64,000 nt of DNA from Candidatus Doudnabacteria bacterium RIFCSPHIGHO2_01_FULL_46_24 (lineage in GTDB: Bacteria > Patescibacteriota > Doudnabacteria > UBA920 > O2-02-FULL-48-8), in assembly GCA_001777575.1 (NCBI GenBank), contig MFEL01000018.1, forward strand, positions 8,264-72,263. The letters are read 5' to 3'. The notes beneath the pieces were generated by a model. It made no database searches. It was not told the DNA's origin and saw only the letters and a program-made list of their open reading frames with translations. Positions 49,603 to 60,646 of this stretch are shown here, piece after piece (the first letter of the stretch is position 1; every line of letters begins with the position of its first letter). The position numbers and the translations under genes are program-made.

Positions 49603-52556
49603 TCGCCGGTTGAATTCCAGTTTGTTCGAAGCAGGGAGTAATCCAGGCTGTTGACGATGCCGTCGCCCGTCAAGTCAGCGCCGGAATCCGCTTGGAACCA
49701 TTTCTGCGCCAATCTTGCGACGTCCAAAGCGTCTATGCGGTTGTCGTTGTTCAAATCCCCGGCTTTCAGGCTGCCAAAATCAACGGTTAACCCCGGTTCC
49801 AAATCGATCCTGACCGCGCGCGACAAGTAGCCGTCGGGTTTAATCACCGCGCGGATCGGCTGGGCCAAAAGATTTATATTCAAGGACTGCCTGCCGGTTT
49901 CAGGGGCTGACAGCTCAAATTCGCCCAGGCTGTTTCCGGATAAGTCGTAAAAAGTGATGGTCCCGGAAGCGCGATGCTGCTGCCGGCCTTGCAAAGTCAG
50001 TCTGACGGCAACCGAGTTCACGATTGGCGGCGGCGGAGGTGGAGGCGGAACAGGTGCCGGCGCTGGAGTCGGAGCCGGTGTTGGAACCGGGGACGGAGAA
50101 GGAATAGGGATGGGAACAGGCGCTGGCGAGGGTTGGGGACTGGGAACTGGCACAGGCTGTGGCGCAGGAACGGGAGCGGGAGTAGGCGTTGGTTGCGGTG
50201 TCGGCTGCGGCACGGGTGTTGGCGCGGGAATAGGAACCGGAACGGGTTGAGGTGTCGGAACCGGGAGTTGCGGAGCGTTGCCGTTAATCTGGCGGAGCGC
50301 CGCCTTGAAACTTTCATCCGGTATGAAATTTTCCGTTGCCCACGGCCAGATTTCAAAGCCAACACTGGCATCCCGGGGATTGATAGTCGGCCCCCACCAG
50401 GCAATCCCCTGTAAGCCGTTTTGCCAGGTCAGATCCGCAAAATATTGCAACTCGTCTGGGTTCGGGGAAGAATCGCCGGAGAGGACAATGCCCTGATGGA
50501 CAAACCAGGCGTCCCGTCCGGCGGCTACCTCCTTGACAATGTTCATTGAAGCAGTCATGGCGCCGGACCAGGCAGAAGTGTTGTGGTCCGGAAAGAAAAA
50601 GTAAGGATAAAAATCCATACTAAAGATGTCGGTCCAATCCCAGCCCCTGATTTTTTCCGCGCTGTCTTGAGATTCATTTTGCCAAACCAACTTGCTCGGA
50701 TAAATTTCCTTAAACAAATTATATCCTTCCTGCATACTTTGCTGATCCCAATCAGTATGACCTAAAGAAACATTTCCACTTACCTCATCAATATTATGAA
50801 TACCCAAAACCCACGGCGAATCAAAGCAAGGCCGAAGTTGATTCAAGGCCTGGCGTTTGTAATCAGCGGAATATTTTTTTTCAAAGGGAACAACAATCTG
50901 CCAAAAAAGATAAGTGTTGGCCGCCGGCGCCTCGGCGATTCTGGCTCGGCAAAACTCGTTGTAAACCTCGAGATCAAAAGCACGGGGCGTGGAATTCCAG
51001 TTGCCAAAAAGAGAGTCTACGCTGTACATCACGACTTTGGCGCCGAAATCATTCCTCAATTCTCCTAATGTTTGAGTATTGTTTCTACGAAACCACGGCC
51101 CCAGCCAAAGCACGGACATTTTTTCCGGAAGTTCATTGCGCACTTTCACGAACACCCGCTTACTGATCTGGGCCCCGCCGGGAGCCTGAGCGGTAATGTT
51201 AAACAAGGTGCTGCTCTGAACCGCCGCGCCGAAACTCGTTCTTCTGGTCACATCAATATTGCCGGGGTTGAGTGTCAGCTTGCTGTAGCCCTGGGCAGCC
51301 CAGGAAAAAGTCACGGTCTCGCCTTTAGCTATCTCTGTTCTGTCCGCAGTCAAAGATTCTATGTCCAAAGGCGGAACGCCGAATTCCGAGATCGTAACCG
51401 TCATGCCTTTCGGTAAAACCAAGCTTCGATACGAAAAATCCCCTGATCCGTCCGCGATTGCCGTAACCGCGGCACCGGTCTGCGGATTATAAAGCAGCAG
51501 GTCAGTTAGGCGGTCTGAATTGATATCAGTGGTGGACACCTGCCAGTTCGCGTCCCAGCGGCCGCGGTGATAATCAAAATCGGCCCTGGATCGGTCAAAA
51601 AGCAAGGTAAACCACGAACCGTTTTGCTTATTGTGCAAAATTAAATCAGCCGCGTTATCGGCGTTAAACTGTCCGGTTATGACAGTCCAACCGGCCGACC
51701 ATTTGCCCGAAATGGCATCAGTGGCAAACCCTTGATCCGTGGAAGTTAGCGCAAACCAATTAGAGGTATCGGACGCCGCTCCGTCCACTTCCGGATTATA
51801 AACCAAGAGATCGGAAAGTCCGTCTTGGGAAAAATCCGCGACAGTCACCTCCCAGCCCGGAGACATTTGCCCGCTTTGGCTGTAATCAAAATCGCTGCCG
51901 CCGGAATCAATGACTTTGTACCAACTGCCGGAAGCTTTGTTGTATAAAAAGAAATCCGTCAGCGAATCGCGGCTGAACCGGCCGGGAAAAATTTCCCAAC
52001 CCGGGGACCAGGCCCCTTGCTTTGGACAACTGAATTCCGACTCGCTGGTCGTAAAACATTCATACCAGGCTCCCGAGCTTTCGTTATATAAAAACAAATC
52101 GGTTTTTTGGTCGCCGTTAAGATCCTGAACATGAGATTGCCAGCCGGGGCTGAAACTGCCCCGATGATAAACAAAACCTTCGGGGGTGCCGATAACTTTG
52201 TACCAGCTGCCCTGTTCAAAACTGTAAATGTACAAATCAGCCAATCCGTCATTATTAAAATTGGCCGCCGAGACCTCCCAACCGCTGTCCCAACGACCGC
52301 TGCTGCGGCCCTGCGGCTCCGCAGATCCTGTGCCATAATTGATGAGCCAATCACCCGTTGATTTATCGTATAAAAAAATATCCAGGGCGTCTCCGAATGC
52401 CGCATTAGACGTGGTGAAGTCCACCGTGATGGCGCGCTGTCGTAAAAATTTAACCCCTAATATTGCCCCCGATCCGGCCAAAATCAAAACAATAGCGCCC
52501 AACGCCATCCGCCCTGCTGGTCCAAGTACGGCAAGCCTGCTCGATATTCTCATCAT
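49599..52556 (-). CDS. large surface protein: FG-GAP/VCBS-like repeats, TIM-barrel glycoside-hydrolase-like region, PT linker, dockerin-like C-terminus
   Basis: Repeated GxWYKV/GSWFTL blades; PVPTPQPVP... linker; C-terminal [16 protein letters not shown]...[16 protein letters not shown] dockerin-type duplicated Ca-binding segment. Confidence 0.65.
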   Translation of the reverse strand: MMRISSRLAVLGPAGRMALGAIVLILAGSGAILGVKFLRQRAITVDFTTSNAAFGDALDIFLYDKSTGDWLINYGTGSAEPQGRSSGRWDSGWEVSAANFNNDGLADLYIYSFEQGSWYKVIGTPEGFVYHRGSFSPGWQSHVQDLNGDQKTDLFLYNESSGAWYECFTTSESEFSCPKQGAWSPGWEIFPGRFSRDSLTDFFLYNKASGSWYKVIDSGGSDFDYSQSGQMSPGWEVTVADFSQDGLSDLLVYNPEVDGAASDTSNWFALTSTDQGFATDAISGKWSAGWTVITGQFNADNAADLILHNKQNGSWFTLLFDRSRADFDYHRGRWDANWQVSTTDINSDRLTDLLLYNPQTGAAVTAIADGSGDFSYRSLVLPKGMTVTISEFGVPPLDIESLTADRTEIAKGETVTFSWAAQGYSKLTLNPGNIDVTRRTSFGAAVQSSTLFNITAQAPGGAQISKRVFVKVRNELPEKMSVLWLGPWFRRNNTQTLGELRNDFGAKVVMYSVDSLFGNWNSTPRAFDLEVYNEFCRARIAEAPAANTYLFWQIVVPFEKKYSADYKRQALNQLRPCFDSPWVLGIHNIDEVSGNVSLGHTDWDQQSMQEGYNLFKEIYPSKLVWQNESQDSAEKIRGWDWTDIFSMDFYPYFFFPDHNTSAWSGAMTASMNIVKEVAAGRDAWFVHQGIVLSGDSSPNPDELQYFADLTWQNGLQGIAWWGPTINPRDASVGFEIWPWATENFIPDESFKAALRQINGNAPQLPVPTPQPVPVPIPAPTPVPQPTPQPTPTPAPVPAPQPVPVPSPQPSPAPVPIPIPSPSPVPTPAPTPAPAPVPPPPPPPPIVNSVAVRLTLQGRQQHRASGTITFYDLSGNSLGEFELSAPETGRQSLNINLLAQPIRAVIKPDGYLSRAVRIDLEPGLTVDFGSLKAGDLNNDNRIDALDVARLAQKWFQADSGADLTGDGIVNSLDYSLLRTNWNSTGD

Positions 52557-52578
52557 ATTTTTTTTGTTTTTTTTGGGC

Positions 52579-55500
52579 TTATTGCTTCATTCCCAACACC
52601 GGGCCGATGGGCAGAGCCAAATCATGCTCGTTGGCTGGGACGACTTGAACAAAGCTGTGGCCCCAGGAGAAGAAAACTTCAGCCGAGGGGAAGGCGTAGC
52701 GCAGATCCGCGCCTAGGAAATAAATAGTGCCGTTGGACTCTACCAGCACGCCGCGGGTATGCCGGGCATCTGATGTGAACAGTCCCTCGCCCGCGGACAA
52801 AACGCTGACGTCAGCTTCGATGACGTTGCGAAGCTTAAAACCCAAGCCCGTGAATACGGCTAAGCTTGCAAACGGCCGCTTTTTGCCGAACTCAATGATG
52901 TAGATGGTGCTGTGGTCCAAAACCAGAGTCCCATCTTTCAGCGCCAAGGTATTGACCGTAACTGTGATATTTTGCGTCACTTGCTGGCCCTGGCTGTTTT
53001 GGGCAGTAAGCGTGTAAGTTGCGGTTGCCGCAGGAGAAATATCCTTAAAACCGGTTAGTACCACGGCCCCGACCCCCTGATTCAACGACACAGATGAGGC
53101 GTTGGCCGTCTGCCAGGTCAGCCTGACTGATTCGCCCTTGTTGATCGAAACGCTTGAGGCGGTAAACTGATTAATTAACGGCTGCGGCACGGAAGTGACG
53201 ACAATCGTGACATTGGCCGAAACAGAAGTTACTGAATTAATAGCTGTCAAAGTGTACGTGGCGGTTTGGCTTGGGGTAACGATAGCCGGGCTTGTACCAT
53301 TGCCGACAATAGTGCTGCCTTGCTTCAAGGTCACAGTTGTGGCATTGGACGTATTCCAAGAAAGCGTAGACGATTGCCCGCTAGTAATCGTCGCCGGAGT
53401 TGCAATAAACGAACTGATAACCGGCGCTTGCGGCTGCGGGTTCACGGTTACCGTAACTGAGCCTGTGACCGACTCGCCGGTGGATGAGGAGGCAGTCAGG
53501 ACATATGTCGAAGTTTGGGTCGGAGAGACTACCACGGATGTACCGCTGCTCGCGATATTGGTTGAACCAAGCTTCAGGACAATATTATTGGCATTGGTCG
53601 TGGTCCAGGAAATCGTGGAGTTTTGACCGGCGGTAATACTGCTTGGATTGGCACTAAGCGAAGTGATAACCGGCTGACCAACATTAACCGTAACGGTAAC
53701 GCTTGACGAAACTTCCTTACTGCCGTTGTTGGCGGTTAAGGTATAAGTCGTGGTCTGAAAGGGACTGACATTCAGGGAATTGGATGGGGCAGTCGAGATG
53801 ATGGCACTGCCGGCTTTCAAGGTCACGGTCGTGGCATTGGAGGTAGACCAGGAAAGAGTAGTACTTTGGCCAAAATTAATGCTTGCAGGCAGGGCGGCAA
53901 AGGAGCTGATGACCGGATTGCCAGGCTGAGGCGCGCTGATGCTGAAATAATTGTCGCTCAAGTCTTCCGCAATTTTGTTACCTCCGTCATAGAGGACGAC
54001 CCGGATGCGGTAATCGGCAGCCGGCGACACTTCGATCAGGCCAGTCTTGCCGCTGTCATAATAATAAGTCTGACCCCAGCCCAAACTCCAAGTGTAGGAA
54101 GCCGCGGTAACGCTCATAGGAGAAGGCACCAAAGCGCCAAGAGTGCTGCTGCCTTTCACCAGTTCAAAATCCAGTCTGGGGTTGCTTAGGCTTGAAATGT
54201 TGGTGATACCAGCAAGAATTGAGAAGGCGGTTTGGGTGCCATCCTCGGTGGCCATGACCAACTGCTCGCCGCCGTTGGGGGAAGTCAGGGTAATGCTGGG
54301 AGTCAGAACATTATTGACGGTTATGGTGTAAGATTTGTTTCCGGAGAGTGATCCGTTACTGGCGCTTAAGGCAAACGTATAGGTTCCGGCCGTAGTCGGA
54401 GTGCCGGTGATATGACAAAAACTCGTGCCCCCGGCACAATCAGTGGTCTGAAGCCCCGGAGGAAGGCTGCCGGAAAGCGTCCAGGAAAATGCGCTGGAGT
54501 ATCCAAGCGGCACAATGCCCATGATCGTTCCGGTATAATAAGTACCCACAGTGCCGTTTGACAAACTGTCTGGCGAGAAGCTGATAACTGGTATGCTCAC
54601 GGTCATGACATTGCCTGGGCCGCCGAAATTCAGAATGGTGCCGCTGGGGTGGCCTGCGGAATAAAACTGCAAAGCAAAAGTGCTGCCCGACTGGGCCGAT
54701 TGGGCCAGGTCAACCTTTATCGCCACGGTTTTGCTGGAATCAGACGGGATGACAAGGCTGAAGTTATTAAAGTCGAGGTAGCAGGTTTTATCGTAATCTA
54801 AGAAAGTCGCCGAACCCAGCACCACTCCCGAGGTGACGTCAGTCAGTGTGGCTTTGCTAAATGCGCAAAATCCCGGTGTGCCTAGGCTAGTGTTGGTGGC
54901 CGCGCCCAAACTAGTCAGGACAAAATCGCCGCCGATTGACGACAGTTTGGTGCGCAGCACTTCCACTCCTGTCATGCCCGGTTGGATGGTTTTGGCAATC
55001 GGCGTGTCCGCAGCAAGCTTAAGGTCAAGCTGAGGGTAAGCGCTGACAATGCTAAACGGCGCGTCGGATTGGTCATAATTGCCGCCGCCATATTGCTTGA
55101 CCACTTGAATATAATAATCCGATCCTGGCGGCACCGTGCTGCCATCTCCCAACGTGCCTACAGATTGCCAAGCTAGAGACGTGTCATAAACCAACGAAGA
55201 CCCAATCCAGCCGTAGGAACTGCCGTTGGCCGCAGTTAAGTGAACTGTATATGCATCTCCGGTTTTATAATTCGAATCCTCCCAGTCAATCATCGCCGCT
55301 GACCCCTTGGTCCAAATCTCGCCGCCGTTTGGCGAGATGATTCGGATTGCCGCTGGCGGCGAGGTCAGGACAGATAATCTAAAATCACGATATGCTATTT
55401 GCGAACCGGATTTGACCTGGACGGTAAAGTTATAATTTCCAGTCGCGGTCGGCGTGCCGGCCAAAACCAGTTGGGTCTGGCAATAAAAATCATCATAGCC

Positions 55501-57132
55501 TAACCCCGAAGGGCACGCCGGATACCAGCCCAAGCCCGGCGGCAGACTGCCGCTTGTGATATTCCATTCATAATAGTAGGCGCCGCCGGTGGCTGCGATG
55601 CTGGCAGAATAAGGCGTGTTGGTGTAAGCCAGGGGCATACTTTGAGTGTAAATCTCCAGCTGAGGAACTTCGAGAATGAATATGCTCGCCGGCAGGAAAA
55701 TCCGCTGTCGCCCGCTTTCCAAGGTCAAAGTGAAGTAGAATGAGCCGGCCTGGGTGGGCTTGCCGTAAAACACGGCCGGTAATTGGTCACATTTGATGCC
55801 GGCGACCAGGTAGCAGTCGATTGAGCGCACAGCCGATGACGGGATGCTTAAATTGGCTGATGACTTTTCGCCCAGCTGCTCAAACACCGGGCAAGGCCAC
55901 TGGATACACTGGACCTGTTCATTGGCCAGATAAATTCCCGGCGGCAACTGGCCTTTGATTCCCCAGCGGTAACTTCCTGAGCCGCCGCGGGCAAACACGG
56001 CGCCTAAATACTGTTCGCCCTCATACCCTAACGGCACATAAATATCCGTGAATTCCAAATTTTCTTCCTGAATCGGAATGACCTTGACGTCCAGGCTTTG
56101 GGAAATCGGCTTTTTATCAGAGGCAAAAACCGTGAGCATAAATAAGCCGGATTCTTCCGGCGCGTACCCAACCAAGCCGGAGCCGGATTCCGTAGCATAA
56201 ATAATCTCAACCGCCGGGTCAGCTTTTTTTTGATAAGACAATTCCGAAGCCGAACCGTTGGATGACCACTTGAAGCCAACTTCATCGCCTTGGCTGATTT
56301 CCCTGGCCGTGGCCGTAAATGAATATATTTGCAATTTGTCTTCTGTCCGCAAAAAATCCGCGGTGCCGCAAAAGACGTTTTGATAAACGTCATTGCTTAA
56401 ATAAACATGGACATTGATCGGGCCGATGCCGGGATGCTTGGCTAAATCCAATTTCGCGAACCAGCCCTGCTCTTTTTCGCCGCGTTGGCCCTGGTACCAG
56501 ACAATGTCATCCTGGCCGTTCTCGGAAGACCAGGTTGGGAAAAAAACAGAAGTCGCGTCTGTGACCCCGTTGGCATAGACCAAAAACTCGCCGGAGGTCT
56601 TGGAAGTTTCCGGAGCTTCGGGTGAGGTGTTTAAGCATGACGGCCACACTGCAGGCGGCGGGCAGCTGCTGGTGTCCAAAAATTGTCGATTAGTAAATAA
56701 AGTATTGCTGCCCGTGGCCGTGTCCTGGGCATAAACCCAGATCTCGTGCGTGGCCCCGTCCTTGAGGTCATCGGGAATTCTGAAGCTAAAGCCGTGCTGT
56801 TCGCTGGCCGGCCTACCCATAAATTCATTGACATCCGGCCGCGCCATGGCCGTGACATCCGCGGCAATCAGGCGACCGATGCCTTCCGGCCCGTCGGCAA
56901 ACACGGCCACGCGCACGGCAGCTTCGGGCGTGTCAGTATCCAAAACCCAACCACTGATCGAGTCACAAGTGGCCAGCTCAAAATTGCCCTCAACGCCATT
57001 GGCCCCGCTGCTCGCTGAGCCGAAATTAAAATCTACAATCCCCTTTTGATCCAAAACGTAAACCAAGCCAACCACATTGGCCATAATCGATATGGCAAAC
57101 CCCATTGCCATAACTTTGGCAAATTTATCCAT
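52579..57132 (-). CDS. giant surface protein (1517 aa) with tandem ~80-aa Ig-like repeats and the shared C-terminal domain
   Basis: N-terminal TM; at least 4 near-identical repeats (PVISSF...[15 protein letters not shown]...YTLTA); C-terminus about 80% identical to the 421-aa protein. Confidence 0.65.
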   Translation of the reverse strand: MDKFAKVMAMGFAISIMANVVGLVYVLDQKGIVDFNFGSASSGANGVEGNFELATCDSISGWVLDTDTPEAAVRVAVFADGPEGIGRLIAADVTAMARPDVNEFMGRPASEQHGFSFRIPDDLKDGATHEIWVYAQDTATGSNTLFTNRQFLDTSSCPPPAVWPSCLNTSPEAPETSKTSGEFLVYANGVTDATSVFFPTWSSENGQDDIVWYQGQRGEKEQGWFAKLDLAKHPGIGPINVHVYLSNDVYQNVFCGTADFLRTEDKLQIYSFTATAREISQGDEVGFKWSSNGSASELSYQKKADPAVEIIYATESGSGLVGYAPEESGLFMLTVFASDKKPISQSLDVKVIPIQEENLEFTDIYVPLGYEGEQYLGAVFARGGSGSYRWGIKGQLPPGIYLANEQVQCIQWPCPVFEQLGEKSSANLSIPSSAVRSIDCYLVAGIKCDQLPAVFYGKPTQAGSFYFTLTLESGRQRIFLPASIFILEVPQLEIYTQSMPLAYTNTPYSASIAATGGAYYYEWNITSGSLPPGLGWYPACPSGLGYDDFYCQTQLVLAGTPTATGNYNFTVQVKSGSQIAYRDFRLSVLTSPPAAIRIISPNGGEIWTKGSAAMIDWEDSNYKTGDAYTVHLTAANGSSYGWIGSSLVYDTSLAWQSVGTLGDGSTVPPGSDYYIQVVKQYGGGNYDQSDAPFSIVSAYPQLDLKLAADTPIAKTIQPGMTGVEVLRTKLSSIGGDFVLTSLGAATNTSLGTPGFCAFSKATLTDVTSGVVLGSATFLDYDKTCYLDFNNFSLVIPSDSSKTVAIKVDLAQSAQSGSTFALQFYSAGHPSGTILNFGGPGNVMTVSIPVISFSPDSLSNGTVGTYYTGTIMGIVPLGYSSAFSWTLSGSLPPGLQTTDCAGGTSFCHITGTPTTAGTYTFALSASNGSLSGNKSYTITVNNVLTPSITLTSPNGGEQLVMATEDGTQTAFSILAGITNISSLSNPRLDFELVKGSSTLGALVPSPMSVTAASYTWSLGWGQTYYYDSGKTGLIEVSPAADYRIRVVLYDGGNKIAEDLSDNYFSISAPQPGNPVISSFAALPASINFGQSTTLSWSTSNATTVTLKAGSAIISTAPSNSLNVSPFQTTTYTLTANNGSKEVSSSVTVTVNVGQPVITSLSANPSSITAGQNSTISWTTTNANNIVLKLGSTNIASSGTSVVVSPTQTSTYVLTASSSTGESVTGSVTVTVNPQPQAPVISSFIATPATITSGQSSTLSWNTSNATTVTLKQGSTIVGNGTSPAIVTPSQTATYTLTAINSVTSVSANVTIVVTSVPQPLINQFTASSVSINKGESVRLTWQTANASSVSLNQGVGAVVLTGFKDISPAATATYTLTAQNSQGQQVTQNITVTVNTLALKDGTLVLDHSTIYIIEFGKKRPFASLAVFTGLGFKLRNVIEADVSVLSAGEGLFTSDARHTRGVLVESNGTIYFLGADLRYAFPSAEVFFSWGHSFVQVVPANEHDLALPIGPVLGMKQ

Positions 57133-57206
57133 ATATTAAGTTGTTTTTTGTGTTTATTTCTTAGAGAAACGACTTTTATTACATATATTATAGCACACTT
57201 TTCAAT

Positions 57207-57845
57207 TTAGGTCAAGCGAAGAATCAAAAGAAAAGCGATGACGAAGCCGACGATGGTAAACATAATACTGGTGATAAACCACAGCCTGGTATTGCGTTTA
57301 CTGACAACCACAAATTGGTGTTCGAAATCTTCGATAAAATTATCTATTTGTTTGTCGATCTCGCGCGTTTTGAAATTGGTGCGCAAATTGACGCCGTAAA
57401 GTTTTGTTAAGTCTGAGAGCGAAAGAATGCCGACCAATTTGTTCTGCCCGTCCACCACGGGGATGGGATTGACTTTCGGGTCGGCGAACAGGATCGCGGC
57501 GTTCTCGACGTAAGCTTGGGGGCTGATGGTGGTCGGGTGCGGATCCAAGACATCGGAAACTTTCATGGACAGAATTTTTTCCAAATCCTTGCGGATGGGA
57601 TGGTTGCGGTCTTTTTTGTAAAAATTAACTTCTGAAAACAAACGCAGCAAAGTTTTGAGGTGCATGTAGGAACCTTCCGCAATCATGCTCCGCTCAGTCA
57701 GCAATCCTTTGAGTCTTCCAATGTCGTCAATGACTGGCAAACCGGAAAAGCTATACTTGGTTAAAATATTAACAGCATCAATCAAGGCAGTTTCGGGATG
57801 GACCGAAACTACCTTTTGCGTCATGAGATCTTCAACTGTGGTCAT
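57207..57845 (-). CDS. CBS-domain pair protein with C-terminal TM helix
   Basis: Two CBS motifs (VVSVHPETALIDAVNIL, PIPVVDGQNKLVGILSLSDL). Confidence 0.65.
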   Translation of the reverse strand: MTTVEDLMTQKVVSVHPETALIDAVNILTKYSFSGLPVIDDIGRLKGLLTERSMIAEGSYMHLKTLLRLFSEVNFYKKDRNHPIRKDLEKILSMKVSDVLDPHPTTISPQAYVENAAILFADPKVNPIPVVDGQNKLVGILSLSDLTKLYGVNLRTNFKTREIDKQIDNFIEDFEHQFVVVSKRNTRLWFITSIMFTIVGFVIAFLLILRLT

Positions 57846-57855
57846 TATTCACAAT

Positions 57856-58320
57856 TTACTCAACTGTGATCGCGCCTCGACGGGCCGGATTTAGGTGATC
57901 ATGGAATTTCCAAGTGCCTGTTTTGTCGAACGTGAATGCCCAGCTGCCACCGGCGGCGATTCCCTGTTTGGGATCAAACTCGGAATAATCAGTGTGCGTC
58001 GGATGTGGCGCGGACGCCGGCCAATGCAGTCTGTTGTCGTTGTTGACGAATTTCACGCTGTCGCCTTTATTGATGGTCAGCTCAGAAGGTGAGTAGCCAT
58101 CGGCTGTGATGGCGACTGTGACAATTTTGGGCTGAGGAGTTTGAGTAGGCGCCGGCGCTGGAGTGGGCGCCGGTGATGGAGCTGGGGTTGGGGGCGGCGC
58201 AGGAGTTACCGATTGCTCGCTGCCTGGAGTATCTTCTGCCGGGGCTTGCGGTTGCTTATTGCATGCCGCCGCCAGAAAAACTAAGGCGAACAAAGGCACA
58301 AGGATTTTTAATTTACGCAT
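57856..58320 (-). CDS. lipoprotein with PT-rich linker and cupredoxin-like C-terminal domain
   Basis: Lipobox LAAAC; HxH and single Cys pattern suggests a cupredoxin/EfeO-like fold (weak). Confidence 0.5.
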   Translation of the reverse strand: MRKLKILVPLFALVFLAAACNKQPQAPAEDTPGSEQSVTPAPPPTPAPSPAPTPAPAPTQTPQPKIVTVAITADGYSPSELTINKGDSVKFVNNDNRLHWPASAPHPTHTDYSEFDPKQGIAAGGSWAFTFDKTGTWKFHDHLNPARRGAITVE

Positions 58321-58344
58321 AAATTTAGGGCTTGAGATTTTTTA

Positions 58345-59586
58345 TTATAACCCCCTCGCTTTCATGGCCTCCATGATCCTGGACACAGCCAGAATGAATG
58401 CGCCGGTGCGGAGATCCTTCAGTTTGTATTCTTCTGAAGTATTCACGACTGCGGCGGTGGCGTCAATCATATATTTTTCCAATTTCTTCAAAACTTCTTC
58501 TTTTGACCAATAATAGCCGCTGAGATTCTGCGTCCATTCCAGATAGGAAGTCGCCACACCGCCGGAATTGGCCAGCACGTCCGGCACCACCGTAATCCCG
58601 CGCCGGTTCAAGATCGGGTCTGCTTCCGCGGCAGTGGGGCCATTGGCCATCTCCACGATAATTGAGGCTTTGATTTTTTTGGCGTTGCGCGCATGAATTT
58701 GGTTTTCCAGCGCGGCGGGCACTAAAATGTCAACAGGCAATTCGAGCAATTTTTCATTGGTGACTTCCGCCGTGCCCGGATAACCCTTGAGCTGGCCCAT
58801 CTGTTTTTTCCATTCCATGACTTTCTTGACATCCATTCCTTTGGGCGAATAAATGCCGCCTTTGGAATCAGACAATCCCACAACTTTCAAGCCTGCCTTC
58901 TGGGCAAACAACGCAAAGAAGTGGCCGACATTGCCAAATCCCTGAATGGCTATGCTCTGGGATTTCTTTCGGCCTCTCCTTTTCAGGATTTCTCTCAAAA
59001 CTACCATGCCGCCAAAGCCTGTGGCTTCTTCCCGGCCTTGCGAGCCGCCCATGCTCAACGGCTTGCCCGTAATTACCGCCGGCGTAAACTTGCCGACCAG
59101 CTGGGAATATTCATCCACCATCCAGGCCATAATTTCCGGCGTGGTGTTGACGTCGGGTGCTGGCACATCCACATACTCGCCAATATTTTTATAAATCAAA
59201 TCAATGAATTTCCGGCTCAAGCGCTCCAGCTCGCCTTTGGACAATTGTTTGGGGTCAACAATAATGCCTCCTTTGCCGCCGCCATAGGGTACTCCGACCA
59301 CGGCGTTTTTGATGCTCATCCAAAACGCTAAGGCCTTGACTTCATCCATGTCCACCTGGGGATGGAAGCGCAAGCCACCTTTGTACGGGCCGCGGGCGTT
59401 GTTGTACTGCACGCGGAAACCATCAAACACTTTCTTTGCCCCATCATCCATGCGGACCGGAATACTGACATGCAGAATTCGGTCAGGCTTTTTGAGTTGA
59501 GATAAAATTTCAGGGGCTAACTTCATTTTTTCCGCAGCATGGGACAGCTGTTCCATGGCGGTTTTGAACGGATTGATTTTTAGCAT
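58345..59586 (-). CDS. gdhA: glutamate dehydrogenase (Glu/Leu/Phe/Val dehydrogenase family)
   Basis: GGGKGG active-site lysine box and GFGNVG NAD(P) motif. Confidence 0.85.
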   Translation of the reverse strand: MLKINPFKTAMEQLSHAAEKMKLAPEILSQLKKPDRILHVSIPVRMDDGAKKVFDGFRVQYNNARGPYKGGLRFHPQVDMDEVKALAFWMSIKNAVVGVPYGGGKGGIIVDPKQLSKGELERLSRKFIDLIYKNIGEYVDVPAPDVNTTPEIMAWMVDEYSQLVGKFTPAVITGKPLSMGGSQGREEATGFGGMVVLREILKRRGRKKSQSIAIQGFGNVGHFFALFAQKAGLKVVGLSDSKGGIYSPKGMDVKKVMEWKKQMGQLKGYPGTAEVTNEKLLELPVDILVPAALENQIHARNAKKIKASIIVEMANGPTAAEADPILNRRGITVVPDVLANSGGVATSYLEWTQNLSGYYWSKEEVLKKLEKYMIDATAAVVNTSEEYKLKDLRTGAFILAVSRIMEAMKARGL

Positions 59587-59592
59587 AATTTT

Positions 59593-60102
59593 TTAATCCA
59601 CCCTTTCCGGCCCCTTGTCATAATAGGCCTCGATAAATTTAATCATAGCCAGTTCGTCAAACTGCGCAAAGGTCTGTAGACGCGTCCAGGCGCAAAAGGC
59701 AATCGGCGCTTCGTTGGTCTCTCTTGGCTCAATAATCACCTTGCGATACCGTTTGGTAAAATCTTGAAGCTTGTCAATCGTAGTTTGATCGACTGTCCCC
59801 GGCTTATAAGAAATCCAAATCCCGCCGTGCTCCAAGTTATGGATCAGCTGCTCGTCAGGTAGTGTCGATGAATACACGCCCCAAGCTGCCGGCTGCGGCC
59901 AGTGCCAACCCGAGGTCGGCGGGTTGGAATTATAGGCCGGATGATCGGTGGAGCCTTCAGTCAAATGCTCATTGCCCTGGTTTTCAAATGTCTGCCCAGG
60001 TAAATTCTCAGGCGCCTGCGCCTGCTTGGAAGCTTGGAACAACCAGAATCCGATGCCCAGAACTATAACAATGACGATAACGATAATAATAATATTTTTC
60101 AT
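59593..60102 (-). CDS. DUF3105-family membrane-anchored protein
   Basis: N-terminal TM and HNLEHG motif. Confidence 0.55.
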   Translation of the reverse strand: MKNIIIIVIVIVIVLGIGFWLFQASKQAQAPENLPGQTFENQGNEHLTEGSTDHPAYNSNPPTSGWHWPQPAAWGVYSSTLPDEQLIHNLEHGGIWISYKPGTVDQTTIDKLQDFTKRYRKVIIEPRETNEAPIAFCAWTRLQTFAQFDELAMIKFIEAYYDKGPERVD

Positions 60103-60209
60103 CCCGTTAGAAATAGTGATAGTTAATTAATAAGCTATTTTTATTATAATCATCTCGTTTTAGTATAATTTTGGCCATAAACTCAACTACGTAAAATTTC
60201 TAACGGGAT
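60101..60209. promoter_or_regulatory. inverted-repeat element copy C (ATCCCGTTAGAAAT ... ATTTCTAACGGGAT) whose left arm covers the DUF3105 start codon
   Basis: Minus-strand reading atttctaacgggATGaaaaat; 14-bp perfect arms, 81-nt AT-rich spacer. Confidence 0.6.
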
Positions 60210-60227
60210 TCATAGCTTGGGTATTAT

Positions 60228-60259
60228 AAACTATCAACTATCAACTATCAACTATTGAC
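60228..60259. repeat. tandem (CAACTAT)x4 heptamer array immediately upstream of, and overlapping, the -35 of a promoter
   Basis: aaactatcaactatcaactatcaactattgac. Confidence 0.65.
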
Positions 60260-60283
60260 TCGAAGAATCCGAAAGGCTATAAT
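60255..60283 (+). promoter_or_regulatory. consensus promoter TTGACT-17-TATAAT ending 7 nt before the ATG (leaderless-type transcript)
   Basis: Read directly. Confidence 0.55.
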
Positions 60284-60289
60284 TTTTTT

Positions 60290-60484
60290 ATGAGCGAACC
60301 GATTACGAAACAAGAACTAGTCAAAACTTTGGGCGAGTTTACGGAAGAAACCCTGCTGCCGGCTCTTTCTGCCATGATGGATGAAAAATTCAAAAATTTC
60401 AGTCTCAAAAGAGATCTTAAACAAGTCATTTCCGAAACCGACGCCAAGCAAATTCTCTCGCTGGAACCGTTCCCAAAATCATAA
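60290..60484 (+). CDS. small hypothetical protein
   Basis: 64 aa downstream of a consensus promoter; terminator follows. Confidence 0.35.
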   Translation: MSEPITKQELVKTLGEFTEETLLPALSAMMDEKFKNFSLKRDLKQVISETDAKQILSLEPFPKS

Positions 60485-60492
60485 AAATAAAA

Positions 60493-60526
60493 TAAAAAAA
60501 CCGCCTGGCATCTCCAGGCGGTTTTT
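60493..60526. terminator. bidirectional rho-independent terminator
   Basis: A7-CCGCCTGG-catct-CCAGGCGG-T5. Confidence 0.6.
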
Positions 60527-60646
60527 AGTTCTCTTATCCCTTACTTCTTAATTCTAACTCCTTTATTCTAATTTCCTCCCGCAACTGCCGGGGAGCTTGC
60601 CCGCCGAAGGGCGTCTTTCTAATTACTTATTACTATTTACTAATTA

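Noticed and set aside
49954-50414. Plus-strand Gly/Arg-rich ORFs (49954-50250, 49974-50414) and similar antisense ORFs inside dnaK, uvrA, dnaJ and the 1517-aa gene
   Set aside because: Antisense to well-supported genes; they arise from the codon-biased PT-linker and GC-rich coding DNA.
48381-52731. Possible diversity-generating retroelement (template/variable repeat pair) suggested by the near-identical 109-nt blocks at the 3' ends of two surface-protein genes
   Set aside because: Only one mismatch (G/A), not the many adenine-specific differences expected between TR and VR; both copies are coding; no reverse transcriptase gene in the window. Better explained by gene conversion of a shared C-terminal domain.
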